Source: Nitrososphaerota archaeon
Lineage (GTDB): Archaea > Thermoproteota > Nitrososphaeria > PSMU01
Length of the DNA: 64,000 nucleotides
Reading direction: 5' to 3'
NCBI GenBank assembly: GCA_040290255.1
Contig: PSMU01000001.1
Location: forward strand, 128,001 to 192,000
The position numbers were made by a program, and so were the translations under genes. The notes beneath the pieces are model-generated. The model saw only the letters and a list, made by a program, of their open reading frames with translations, did no database searches and was not told where the DNA came from. This document shows, piece by piece, positions 28,606-37,525 of the stretch (its first letter is position 1; each line of letters opens with the position of its first letter).

Positions 28606-28693
28606 GGGGCCGTCGTCCAGCTTGGTTAGGATGCCAGCCTGAACTCTTGGCTAAGGGCGCTGGTGGTCCTGGGTTCAAATCCCAGCGGCCCCA
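28606..28693 (+). tRNA. tRNA-Pro(GGG) with 13-nt BHB intron inside the anticodon (34/35; 28642-28654)
   Basis: GGGGCCG/CGGCCCC-A acceptor. CC-AGCC-[TG^A]-A-CTCT-T-GGCT-[AA^G]-GG gives mature loop CT-GGG-GC in stem CCAGC/GCTGG. Confidence 0.9.
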
Positions 28694-28711
28694 CTTAGCC
28701 CATCCATCCTC

Positions 28712-29659
28712 TCACCGCACAGTCGCCTTACGCCCGCGCACCTCAAGCAGGGCATGAGCTAGAAAGGGCAGGACGATGGTGGCATCGCTGTGTACGGTGA
28801 CGTGCTTGGCGCTCTTGGCTATCTTGCCCCAGCTAATCGCTTCCTTCGTTAAGGCGCCGCTTAGGCTTCCATCATACTCAGCAGCGGTGGTGATATAGAC
28901 CGCATAGGTTAGCCCCCCGCGATACTGGCTCCACCAGATGAGATGGTGCTTCGAGACACCACCTCCTATTATCAGGCCCCCCAGCCTTTTGGCGCTGAAG
29001 ATCATCTCGGCCAGCAAGTCCTGGTCCTGCATAAGATCTACGTGGAAGGACTTGTCCTTCTGATGGGCAAGCCAGAATTGGTGGCCTACAGCGCCATCGA
29101 AGGGCGCCGGGACAATTATAGGGACCCTGTTCTTGGCGGCCCACCACAGGATGCTGGATTCATCGCATAGCCGCTCGCCCATTCTCCAAAGAATTTCATG
29201 GAAGGGCTTATTCGCCAGCTCTTCCATGCCCTCCTTCTCCAGGAAGAGGCGCACCTTCTCCTCGATTAACGGGCCGTAGGCCTCCCTAGGTATGTATACA
29301 TTGCCCAGGCGGTGATAGCCCCGCCTAAGTAGCTCGACATCATCTGCGTAAAAGGAGCCAGCGTAGTAGTGGCCATAGCATCTCGCTAAGTCATGGTCTA
29401 CGGTGCCGCAGGTCGTAATTATGACATCGAAAAACTTTCTCTTTACGAACTCCACCAACACGCCCCTAATGCCCGTGCCGACCATCGCGGCCGGGAAGGA
29501 TAGAAGCCTGAGGCAGTCGGCGTCGTCCAGCATGCTCCTAAGGATTTGAAAGGCCTCGCCTAGGTGCCTGCCCCCGAACCCACCCATATCGCTCATCTGG
29601 TAAAGGATGCGAGTGTAATCCCTGCCCGTGATGCGTAGGTCCCTGACTTTCCTCAGCAT
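28712..29659 (-). CDS. dys: Deoxyhypusine synthase
   Basis: 'RLGNVYIP', 'IIGGGVSKH', 'YDGSLSGA..EAISWGK', 'DATIVLP'. Confidence 0.95.
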   Translation of the reverse strand: MLRKVRDLRITGRDYTRILYQMSDMGGFGGRHLGEAFQILRSMLDDADCLRLLSFPAAMVGTGIRGVLVEFVKRKFFDVIITTCGTVDHDLARCYGHYYAGSFYADDVELLRRGYHRLGNVYIPREAYGPLIEEKVRLFLEKEGMEELANKPFHEILWRMGERLCDESSILWWAAKNRVPIIVPAPFDGAVGHQFWLAHQKDKSFHVDLMQDQDLLAEMIFSAKRLGGLIIGGGVSKHHLIWWSQYRGGLTYAVYITTAAEYDGSLSGALTKEAISWGKIAKSAKHVTVHSDATIVLPFLAHALLEVRGRKATVR

Positions 29660-29777
29660 GCGTCGGTTGGGTCAGAGGGCATTAAAAGCGTGCGCTGGCC
29701 AGCGAGGGGGTGAAGGGCCCGCGTTACCGACGGCAAGCACAACAAAAGTTTTGAGAGAAAGTAAGCCAAGCAGGGCC

Positions 29778-30206
29778 GTGGAGCAGGATTACCCAGAGCC
29801 TACGGTGGGAGGTCTCATAGTAGATGGCCTTGGCAGGATCTTGTTGGTTAAGTCACACAAATGGAGGGGCTATTACAGCGTGCCTGGCGGGCACGTCGAG
29901 TTCGGCGAAACCCTTGAAGCGGCGGTGGTAAGGGAAGTGGAGGAGGAGACGGGCCTTAAGGTCAGGCCCGTTAAGCTCCTCTTGGTCCAAGAGGCGATCT
30001 TTGCGCCGGAATTTTACCTGCCCAGGCACTACATCTTCTTCGATTACCTCTGTGAGCTAATAGGGGGGACGCTCAGCCTGGATAAGAGGGAGCTACAGGA
30101 CTATCTCTGGACCAAACCTGAGGAGGCTACGGGGCTGTCCGTAGAGCCCTACACGCGGAGGGTGATAGAGGCGTATCTTCATTTCCGCGATTCGGCAGCC
30201 TCCTAA
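29778..30206 (+). CDS. NUDIX hydrolase
   Basis: Nudix box 'GGHVEFGETLEAAVVREVEEETG'; GTG start inferred. Confidence 0.9.
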   Translation: MEQDYPEPTVGGLIVDGLGRILLVKSHKWRGYYSVPGGHVEFGETLEAAVVREVEEETGLKVRPVKLLLVQEAIFAPEFYLPRHYIFFDYLCELIGGTLSLDKRELQDYLWTKPEEATGLSVEPYTRRVIEAYLHFRDSAAS

Positions 30207-30207
30207 G

Positions 30208-30516
30208 CTACCACTTCTCAGCGGCCTCGTAGCGGATGGGAGTGCCGGCGCAGTCCACGACGCCCGTGACCCTGCGTATAAAGTTAGGACATGCGAAGCA
30301 TATAAGGAAGGGAAGATCCTTGGCGAAGACAGGGCACGACACATATTCCTTCTTCATCGCGCTCATGAGCTTTGGCGAGCCAAGGCCCTTAAGCTCAGCC
30401 GTGACCTCCTTAGGGACGTTCATGGGCCGCGGGGCCTTCTTGACCTCCACCTTGTACTTCGCCTCATCGGACAAGGTGCGCCGCCATCCTGGCTCCGGTA
30501 TATGAGCTTGTGCCAT
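30208..30516 (-). CDS. Hypothetical protein with 4-Cys motif
   Basis: 'CPV..FLICFACPNF.RR..G.V.C'. Confidence 0.7.
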   Translation of the reverse strand: MAQAHIPEPGWRRTLSDEAKYKVEVKKAPRPMNVPKEVTAELKGLGSPKLMSAMKKEYVSCPVFAKDLPFLICFACPNFIRRVTGVVDCAGTPIRYEAAEKW

Positions 30517-30563
30517 GGACTAAAGCAAGAAATAAATAGTAGTCCCCAAGGGGCCCGAGTACC

Positions 30564-30719
30564 TTGAGCAAGAAAGGCGGTGAGATTCCGAGCAACGCGG
30601 TCTTTGAGTATAATTGCACATGCGGGGCCCACTTCCAGCAGATAGGCCAAGCCGTCGCTCACATCAACAAGTTTAGGGATCACCAGCTTTCGAGGATAAT
30701 CATCGAAAAGAAGCAGTAA
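30564..30719 (+). CDS. 51-aa C2H2-type zinc-finger micro-protein (not in ORF track)
   Basis: MSKKGGEIPSNAVFEYNCTCGAHFQQIGQAVAHINKFRDHQLSRIIIEKKQ; Y-x-C-x-C-G-x2-F-x8-H-x6-H; AT-rich box about 25 nt upstream; fills an otherwise empty gap. Confidence 0.7.
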   Translation: MSKKGGEIPSNAVFEYNCTCGAHFQQIGQAVAHINKFRDHQLSRIIIEKKQ

Positions 30720-30721
30720 TT

Positions 30722-31264
30722 CTAGCCCGAACCTGAGCCCGAGCGCTGTAGGCTCAACTGGTAGCTTATCTTGCAGATCGCGAGCAGCAGAAGCACCAGA
30801 AAGGAAGAGGATAGGACCAGCGCCCACCAGCCGCCGAAGATCGGCCCCTGATCGAGCAGTATAAGGGGCAGCAGGGGGGCCGCCAAGGCCACGCCCAAGC
30901 CGCCCGCCATGACCTTCAGGGCATAGAGGGTGCCGTTGGCCAGTGAGGCGCTCTCAAACAGGCTGAGGATGATGAAGGCGAGCAGCACGTAGATATAGCT
31001 CCAGCCCAGGGCCATGAAGGGGTTAGGCGCCCTATGCGAGGCGGCCCTATAGCCAATGGCCGCGGAAATGAAGCACCAGGCCACGAGGTAAAATAGCCCA
31101 ACCCTGGCCAACTCGTCTAAGGTGCCGGGAACCCCGGTAGGGCCGAGGCTCCTCGAGAGAAAAAGGGATAACGCTAGCAGGGGCAAGAGGGGCACCTGGC
31201 TGCAGAGCAGCAAGAGGAAGCGCACTGCCCCGTGACCTACGGGCGCCCTTCGAGAGTTAAGCAT
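30722..31264 (-). CDS. Hypothetical multi-pass membrane protein
   Basis: About five hydrophobic segments; start overlaps the upstream NUDIX stop. Confidence 0.6.
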   Translation of the reverse strand: MLNSRRAPVGHGAVRFLLLLCSQVPLLPLLALSLFLSRSLGPTGVPGTLDELARVGLFYLVAWCFISAAIGYRAASHRAPNPFMALGWSYIYVLLAFIILSLFESASLANGTLYALKVMAGGLGVALAAPLLPLILLDQGPIFGGWWALVLSSSFLVLLLLAICKISYQLSLQRSGSGSG

Positions 31265-31688
31265 GGCGCAGCAGCCTGCTGACTTCCCTAACGGCACGCG
31301 CAACGGGTAGGTTGTCTAGCTCGTCGATCTTGAACCACTTCGCATCGCTCACATCATCGCCAGCCATAGGTTCCCCTCCCCTCGGTTCGGCCTTGAAGCA
31401 AATTATCAGAAAATGATACTCATTAGAGTCTCCTCGTGGCCCAATATCCTGGACGACCGCCAGCACCTCCTTCGGCTCTATGCTTAGGGAGCACTCCTCG
31501 CGCACTTCTCTAATGACAGCCTCCTTAAGGCCCTCGCCTAGCTCCACCAGCCCTCCCGGCAGGGACCAGAGCCGCTTATATGGCCCCTTGGCCCTCTTTA
31601 CAAGTAGAACGCTGTCGCCTTGGATGACCGCGGCCGATACGGCCACCAACGGCCTCGCCTGCCCTATCCTAGGTTCCTCCCGCTTCAC
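31257..31688 (-). CDS. NUDIX hydrolase (ADP-ribose pyrophosphatase-like)
   Basis: 'WSLPGGLVELGEGLKEAVIREVREEC', 'GDDVSDAKW'. Confidence 0.9.
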   Translation of the reverse strand: MKREEPRIGQARPLVAVSAAVIQGDSVLLVKRAKGPYKRLWSLPGGLVELGEGLKEAVIREVREECSLSIEPKEVLAVVQDIGPRGDSNEYHFLIICFKAEPRGGEPMAGDDVSDAKWFKIDELDNLPVARAVREVSRLLRHA

Positions 31689-32466
31689 CCACTACCCTCC
31701 CTCCCTCCTTTTCGGCCAGTTGCAGTAGGGCCCTGAGGGCCCTCTCAGCCTCCTCTTCCTCGCCTTGGACCTCAAGCTCGATAAGCGGCCCCTCGAGTTC
31801 TGAGCGGTTTGGATGAGACTTTATGTAAACGGATGGACTCTCGGAGCGGACAATATCTATCAGGGGTGCAAGTGTCGATTCCATGATGCCGACGAGCACG
31901 GCCCTCTTGACCGAAATGCTGGGTCCCTTAAAGCGGGAGGTGAGGAGAGACCTTATATGTCCTTCAAAGATGGCCTTCATCTCATCGGGGACCCCCGGGA
32001 GGCAGATGATGACATAGCTTGGCCCCTCTAGGAGGACGCCAGGAGCCGTTCCGACCGGGTTAGCGAGCGGGGCTGCTCCCTTGGGCAACAGCGCCATCTT
32101 GCGCCTTGCCTGCGTGATCGGTATCTCACGGCCCCTAGCAGCTAGCTTAGCATACTTTTCGGTTACCAGCTGAAGGGCTAAGGGATGCTCCAGGAGCTCT
32201 ACTTCAAGCGCCTTCGCCACGCCCTCCACCGTCATATCATCATAGGTGGGGCCCAGGCCACCGGTGGTGATCAGGAGAGAGGTACCCCTGCCGAGCGCCT
32301 CCTTGACGGCGCCGGAGATCTCATCGAGGTCATCGCCTACAGTAGTTATCCTGTTGACCCTTATGCCAAGCTCGAAGAGCTGCTTGCAGAGCCACTGGGC
32401 GTTGGTGTTCAGGGTCCTGCCGGAGAGCAGCTCATTGCCGACGGAGAGCAGCTCTGTCCGAGGCAC
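31669..32466 (-). CDS. CinA-N / MoCF-like domain protein (COG1058)
   Basis: 'VGNELLSG..NTN', 'VGDD', 'TGGLGPTYDDMT', 'LPGVPDEM'. Confidence 0.88.
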   Translation of the reverse strand: MPRTELLSVGNELLSGRTLNTNAQWLCKQLFELGIRVNRITTVGDDLDEISGAVKEALGRGTSLLITTGGLGPTYDDMTVEGVAKALEVELLEHPLALQLVTEKYAKLAARGREIPITQARRKMALLPKGAAPLANPVGTAPGVLLEGPSYVIICLPGVPDEMKAIFEGHIRSLLTSRFKGPSISVKRAVLVGIMESTLAPLIDIVRSESPSVYIKSHPNRSELEGPLIELEVQGEEEEAERALRALLQLAEKEGGRVVGEAGGT

Positions 32467-32520
32467 GCGCCACAGCTTGCCTGGCGCTAAATTAATGTTT
32501 ACCAGCCCATAGCTTGGGGC

Positions 32521-33282
32521 GTGTACCTTTTGTATGTGACCGGCCCCGCCGGCTCAGGCAAATCCCAGCTAGTAGGGGCGCTGGGGAACTGGTATGAAGA
32601 GAAGGGCTTCACGGTCGCCCGGGTCAATTTGGACCCCGGCGCGCTAGACCTTCCGTACGAGCCCGACGTCGACTGTCGAGAGCTTGTCAACATCTATGAA
32701 CTGATGGAGGAAAAGGGGCTGGGCCCCAACGGCGCGCTCATCATGGCCGTGAGCATGGTGGCCATCAACCTCGCGAAGCTTCAAGCGATGCTTGATGAGG
32801 TCAATCCCGACTTGGCGCTCATCGATACGCCCGGGCAGCTTGAGCTCTTCGTCTTCCGCGAGAGCGGTCCGTTTATAACGAGCCATTTAAGGCACTCGGG
32901 AAGGCTCAATCTCTTCCTCTTCGATGCTACCTTGGCCAAAGAGGCCAGCAATTTAGCATCGCTTGCCTTCCTAGCCGCCTCCACTCAGCTGAGGTTAGGC
33001 CTTCCTCAGGTCGGTGTGCTCACCAAGGTGGACTTGGCCAAGGAAGAAGTTCAAAGAATCCTAAGGTGGCTGGAGCAGCCTGCCGCCTTCGAGGCGGCCC
33101 TGACCGAGGGGAGAAAGGACGAGTACAGGAGGCTGCTCAGCAGAGGTGTCTGGAGAAGCGTTTCTAGGCTGGGCTTTTCGAGCTTCCTTTATCCTGTCTC
33201 TTCCATAACGCTAGAAGGGTTTCTCAACCTTTCGGCAGTGATATCTAGAATCCTTATGAGGGGTGAGGAAATGGCCGAATGA
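32521..33282 (+). CDS. GPN-loop GTPase
   Basis: 'GPAGSGKS', 'VNLDPG', 'LGPNGAL', 'DTPGQLE', 'TKVD'. Confidence 0.92.
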   Translation: MYLLYVTGPAGSGKSQLVGALGNWYEEKGFTVARVNLDPGALDLPYEPDVDCRELVNIYELMEEKGLGPNGALIMAVSMVAINLAKLQAMLDEVNPDLALIDTPGQLELFVFRESGPFITSHLRHSGRLNLFLFDATLAKEASNLASLAFLAASTQLRLGLPQVGVLTKVDLAKEEVQRILRWLEQPAAFEAALTEGRKDEYRRLLSRGVWRSVSRLGFSSFLYPVSSITLEGFLNLSAVISRILMRGEEMAE

Positions 33283-33304
33283 GGGCTAAGCCCATCACGA
33301 GAGG

Positions 33305-34198
33305 CTAAGCGTTGCTCCTGAATTCTATGCCTGATAACTGCGATAGGAGCAGGAGCACGGCCGAATAGTCGAGCTCGCCCAGCTCCTTCAACGAGGCGAG
33401 CCTGTAGAGCTCCTTACCCAAGGAGGTCAGCGGAAGCACCGCGCCCGTCCGTTCGGCGGCCCTATAGGCATAGTTTACATCCTTCAACATGTGATTGAGC
33501 GTGAAGGTGGGCGAGAAGTCTCCCTTCGCCATTCTCCGCCCCTTGTTTTCGGTGAGCCCGCTCTTATGGTGGCTGGCGTTGATGACCTCTATGATGACGT
33601 CCGGAGGGAACCCCAGCTTGATGGAGAGGGCCATCGCCTCGCACAGGGCTAGCGTATGGAGCGCCAGATAGAGGTTGAGCGCCAGCTTAAGCCTGTGGCC
33701 GGATGTCACGCCTCCCAAATAGATCGGTGAGCCCAGCTCCTGCAGGAATGCCCTATACTTATCAAAGTCCGCCTTCTCCGCACCGACGAGCAGCAAGGCC
33801 CTTCCCTGCCTGATGAGCGACGGCCCTCCGAAGACGGGGGAGTCTATCCACGTTATGCCTTTAGTCCTCACCAAGGACGAGAGCGCGGCCGACTCCTCAG
33901 CCCCTATAGTGCTCATCTCGATGAGCGCGTGGCCCTCCTCTAGCGCTGAAAGAAGCCCCTTCTCCCCCTCAAGCACGGCATGAAGCGCAACGTGGTCCGT
34001 CAGGCTGGTCATGACCACATCGGCGCTGGCGGCCAGCGAGGCCGGCGTATCATGAGCTACAGCCCCCGCCCTCACCAGGGGCTCTAGCTTGGCCCTCGTC
34101 CTATTGTAAACGTGAACACGATAGCCCTTGCTCAGCAGGTTTAATGCGATGGCGGAGCCCATCCTTCCCGTGCCTAAAACGCCGACTTCTCTTTGCAC
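33305..34198 (-). CDS. 3-hydroxyisobutyrate dehydrogenase family oxidoreductase
   Basis: 'GTGRMG', 'YNRT', 'DSPVFGG', 'KLALN', 'MLKDV'. Confidence 0.88.
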   Translation of the reverse strand: MQREVGVLGTGRMGSAIALNLLSKGYRVHVYNRTRAKLEPLVRAGAVAHDTPASLAASADVVMTSLTDHVALHAVLEGEKGLLSALEEGHALIEMSTIGAEESAALSSLVRTKGITWIDSPVFGGPSLIRQGRALLLVGAEKADFDKYRAFLQELGSPIYLGGVTSGHRLKLALNLYLALHTLALCEAMALSIKLGFPPDVIIEVINASHHKSGLTENKGRRMAKGDFSPTFTLNHMLKDVNYAYRAAERTGAVLPLTSLGKELYRLASLKELGELDYSAVLLLLSQLSGIEFRSNA

Positions 34199-34242
34199 AG
34201 CGCCTTAGCAACGCATAAAAATATAAGCGTAAGGAATCGCAT

Positions 34243-34698
34243 GTGGAGGAAGTTAAGGTCGCTGATCTAATGAAGAGTCCGAAGGGGGTGCTTAGGCCCA
34301 GCCAGACGGCCTTTGAAGCGGCCTTGGCAATGAGGGAGGCCGACATTTCCTCAGTGCTGGTGGTGGAGCAGGGAACCCTGCTAGGCATAGTGACGGAGCA
34401 CGATATCGTGCAGAGAGTGGTCGCAAACGGCTTGGATGCGAAGAAGGTAACGCTGGCCGACATAATGAGCCGCCCCATCATCTTCACGACGCCCCAGGCT
34501 ACGATCCTTCAGGCGGCGAAGCTCATGACCCAGTATAGGATCAGAAGGCTACCGGTCGTGGATAGGGGCAGGGTTGTGGGGATTGTGACCGCTGATGATA
34601 TAGCCCACTATCTGGCCAAGCTTAAGGACTATAGCGATGAATTCCTGAACGCTTTAGCCCGTTACTCAAGGCCGCCCATCGAAGGCCCCTACGCCTAG
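34243..34698 (+). CDS. CBS-domain pair protein
   Basis: 'GIVTEHDI', 'IRRLPVV..GIVT'. Confidence 0.9.
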   Translation: MEEVKVADLMKSPKGVLRPSQTAFEAALAMREADISSVLVVEQGTLLGIVTEHDIVQRVVANGLDAKKVTLADIMSRPIIFTTPQATILQAAKLMTQYRIRRLPVVDRGRVVGIVTADDIAHYLAKLKDYSDEFLNALARYSRPPIEGPYA

Positions 34699-34702
34699 GC
34701 CT

Positions 34703-35443
34703 CTATAGCAAAGCCTTCCTTCTGAGCTCCCCAAAGAAGGCCTCCATAGCGCCGCGTAGAAGCCCTGGCTTCTCTATTGGTATGAAATGTCCCACATCGC
34801 CGAGCAGTAGCAGCCTAGAGCCGGGAAGAAGGCGCTGCAGCTCTTGACTGGAGGAAGGGGGCACAAGCCTGTCGCGCAGGCCAGCCACTATGAGGCCGGG
34901 CCTCCCTGCCCCATAGGGCTTCCTGATGCTGCGCGCCTTCAAGATTGCGAAGTCGTATAGAAGCACACCCCGGTTTTCCATGAGTAGCCCCTCGATCTCC
35001 GGCCCTAGGCTCTCCTTCCTCTCCTCTGGTAAGGTTATCGGCAGCATCATCTCCCTAATGGCGAGCCTAGGCTCTCTGGCAAGCCTCTCCAAGAAACCAT
35101 CAGGAAACTCGAGCCTCGTCCCGTAGTTAACGCAGATGAGCGCCGTAAAGAGAGAGGGCTTTGCTAGGTAAAGGTGATGCGCTATCAGCGCGCCCAGCGA
35201 ACGGCCAACCAGCACTACGCCCGTAAGCCCCTGCTCGTTGAGCCATGCCTCAACTGCCGTGGAATAACCCTCGAATGTAAAGGGGCCTTCGACATGCCTG
35301 TTGCTGCCATGGCCCGGTAAATCGAGCAGGTAAGATCTAAAGCCGGCGAACCCCTTGCCCACCACGTCGAGCCAGACGCGCGAATCCTCGCCCGCCCCGT
35401 GAAGGAATACCAGGGGAGTTCCTTGGCCTATGAAGATGCTCAC
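34703..35443 (-). CDS. Alpha/beta hydrolase
   Basis: 'FLHGAG', 'DLPGHG', 'GRSLG', catalytic D and 'GH'. Confidence 0.85.
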   Translation of the reverse strand: MSIFIGQGTPLVFLHGAGEDSRVWLDVVGKGFAGFRSYLLDLPGHGSNRHVEGPFTFEGYSTAVEAWLNEQGLTGVVLVGRSLGALIAHHLYLAKPSLFTALICVNYGTRLEFPDGFLERLAREPRLAIREMMLPITLPEERKESLGPEIEGLLMENRGVLLYDFAILKARSIRKPYGAGRPGLIVAGLRDRLVPPSSSQELQRLLPGSRLLLLGDVGHFIPIEKPGLLRGAMEAFFGELRRKALL

Positions 35444-35445
35444 GC

Positions 35446-36399
35446 TTAGCCGCCGCTCACCCCCTTGGGAAGGAACTCCTGGCGTAGCGAGAGGGCCGCC
35501 GTAAGGGGATCGAGCTCCCCCCTATAGACCCGTTCCAGCAGCTCTAGGAACTCCCTGCGGCCCGCCAGGCGCTCCACCTCCTCCTTCACATAATCGAACA
35601 GGTAATCCATCACTTCATCCTTTACCATCTCCCTTCTTCTCTGCGCCAACCTGCCCGAGGCCTTCATATCCTCCAATGTGGAAAGCAGCTCCTTGCAGAG
35701 CTCCTCCACCCCTTCGCCCTTGGTGGCGATGGTCCTTAGGACTTTAGCGTCCTTCCTATCGAGCAGGGCCTGCCTAAGGTAGGCGAGTGCCAGCTCGGAG
35801 TACTGAAGGTCGGCCTTATTGAGGACATAAATGTTGCCGCTCTCCATGAGGCCCGCCTTAAGGGCCTGAAGTTCGTCGCCCAGCGCGGGCATGAGGACGA
35901 CGACCGTGATGTCCGCCAGGCGGCTGATCTGCACGTCGGCCTGACCCGCGCCTATGCTCTCCATCAGTACCACCTCGAAGCCGGCCGCTTCCAGCAGGCG
36001 TATCATGAGCCCGATCCTCCTAGCCAAGCCCCCTAGCTTTCCCCGCGCCGCCAGGCTCCTAATGTAGACGCCCTCATCAAGAGTGTGCTTGGTCATCCTG
36101 ATTCTGTCCCCCAGTATAGAGCCTCCGGTAAGATGGCTCGAGGGATCCACGGAGAGGACCCCGACCCTGAAACCCCTCTTCCTGAACTCGGAGATGAGCC
36201 TGTCGATGAGCGTGCTCTTGCCCGTGCCGACCGGACCTACGAAGCCTACATGCATGGCCCCGCCGCTGTAAGGATAGAGCCGGGCCGAAAGGTGAAGCGC
36301 CTCTTCCCTCCCCTCCTCAACCAAGGAGATCGCCCTGGCCAGCGCCCTTATGTTGCCCTTTCTAACCGCCTCGGCCAGGCTCTCGAGCTCAGCTAACAT
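35446..36399 (-). CDS. meaB: Methylmalonyl-CoA mutase-associated GTPase
   Basis: 'GTGKSTL', 'VDPSS..GGSILGDRIRM', 'GAGQ', 'NKAD'. Confidence 0.92.
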   Translation of the reverse strand: MLAELESLAEAVRKGNIRALARAISLVEEGREEALHLSARLYPYSGGAMHVGFVGPVGTGKSTLIDRLISEFRKRGFRVGVLSVDPSSHLTGGSILGDRIRMTKHTLDEGVYIRSLAARGKLGGLARRIGLMIRLLEAAGFEVVLMESIGAGQADVQISRLADITVVVLMPALGDELQALKAGLMESGNIYVLNKADLQYSELALAYLRQALLDRKDAKVLRTIATKGEGVEELCKELLSTLEDMKASGRLAQRRREMVKDEVMDYLFDYVKEEVERLAGRREFLELLERVYRGELDPLTAALSLRQEFLPKGVSGG

Positions 36400-36400
36400 C

Positions 36401-37522
36401 CTACTGCGTGAGCGGAGTATAAGGAGGACCTTGATAGAGGGCCCTGGGCCTGTAAATCCTGTTTTCGCTCTGCTGCTCTATGACATGGGCCACCCAGCCC
36501 GCCATCCTGGCGGCTACGAAGATAGGAGTATACTGGTTCATCTCGATGCCCATCAGGTAGTAGAGGGGGCCCGTGAAGAAGTCCACATTGGGGTACAGAT
36601 CCCTCTTCTGCTTCATCAGGAGCTCCACCCTTTCGGCTAGCTCATACCACTGCAGCTTTCCCTTGTTCTCCGCAAGCTGCCTTAATAGGTTCTTGGCGAA
36701 GAGCGCCCTTGGATCGAGCCCCCTCTTGTAGACCCTATGCCCAAATCCCATCACCCTCTCCTTACGGCTTAGAAGCCGGTCGATGTACTCCTCAGCCCTA
36801 GATGCGTCGCCTATCTCGAGCAGCATCGCCATCACCTTCTCGTTTGCCCTGCCATGTAAGGGCCCCTTTAGCGCGGAGATCGCGGCGCAGACGGAGTTAT
36901 AGATGTCCGAGAGGGTGGAGGCCACCACGCGGGCGGTGAAGGTGGAGGCGGCCAGTTCATGCTCTATGTAAAGGATCATGGTCTGCTCGAAGATCCTGGC
37001 TTCAAGGGGTTCAGGTGGACTGGGCTTAAGGAGCCTGAGCAGGTTATAGCTTATGCCTTCCTTCTCCAAGGGATCAAGCGCGGGTAAGCCCTTAAGCAAC
37101 CTGTAGCCATTCCCCACGATCAGAGGGGTGGCCGCTATAAGGCGCAGCCCCTTCTTGAGGTTGGCCTCCACGGAGGGGTCCTCCAGATTCTCCTCATAGG
37201 CCGCTAGGACGCTTATGCCCACCCTCACAACATCCATGGGGTGCATGGAGCCGGGCATCCTGCTCAGCAGCTCGTACACCGGTCTCGGAACGTGCATGTA
37301 GCGGACAAGTTCCTGCTTAAGGGCCGTCACCTCTTCCGGCGAAGGCAGCCTTCCATAAAGCAGTAAGTAGATCGCCGCCTCGAAGGTGGCCTTCTGGGCC
37401 AGCTCGATAAGGTCGTAGCCCCTTATGAGAATTCTATGGTTCTCAACGTCTATGGTTGAGATGCGGGTCGTGGTCGCGATGATGTTCTCCAGGCCGGGAG
37501 AGAAGGGAAGCCCCACCCCCAT
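36401..37522 (-). CDS. prpC: 2-methylcitrate/citrate synthase
   Basis: 'EHELAASTF', 'GPLHGRAN', 'GFGHRVY', 'YPNVDF'; in operon with prpB and prpD. Confidence 0.85.
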   Translation of the reverse strand: MGVGLPFSPGLENIIATTTRISTIDVENHRILIRGYDLIELAQKATFEAAIYLLLYGRLPSPEEVTALKQELVRYMHVPRPVYELLSRMPGSMHPMDVVRVGISVLAAYEENLEDPSVEANLKKGLRLIAATPLIVGNGYRLLKGLPALDPLEKEGISYNLLRLLKPSPPEPLEARIFEQTMILYIEHELAASTFTARVVASTLSDIYNSVCAAISALKGPLHGRANEKVMAMLLEIGDASRAEEYIDRLLSRKERVMGFGHRVYKRGLDPRALFAKNLLRQLAENKGKLQWYELAERVELLMKQKRDLYPNVDFFTGPLYYLMGIEMNQYTPIFVAARMAGWVAHVIEQQSENRIYRPRALYQGPPYTPLTQ

Positions 37523-37525
37523 CCC

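Noticed and set aside
28641-28660. tRNA-Pro(TGG) call
   Set aside because: TGG lies inside the intron; BHB geometry gives GGG.
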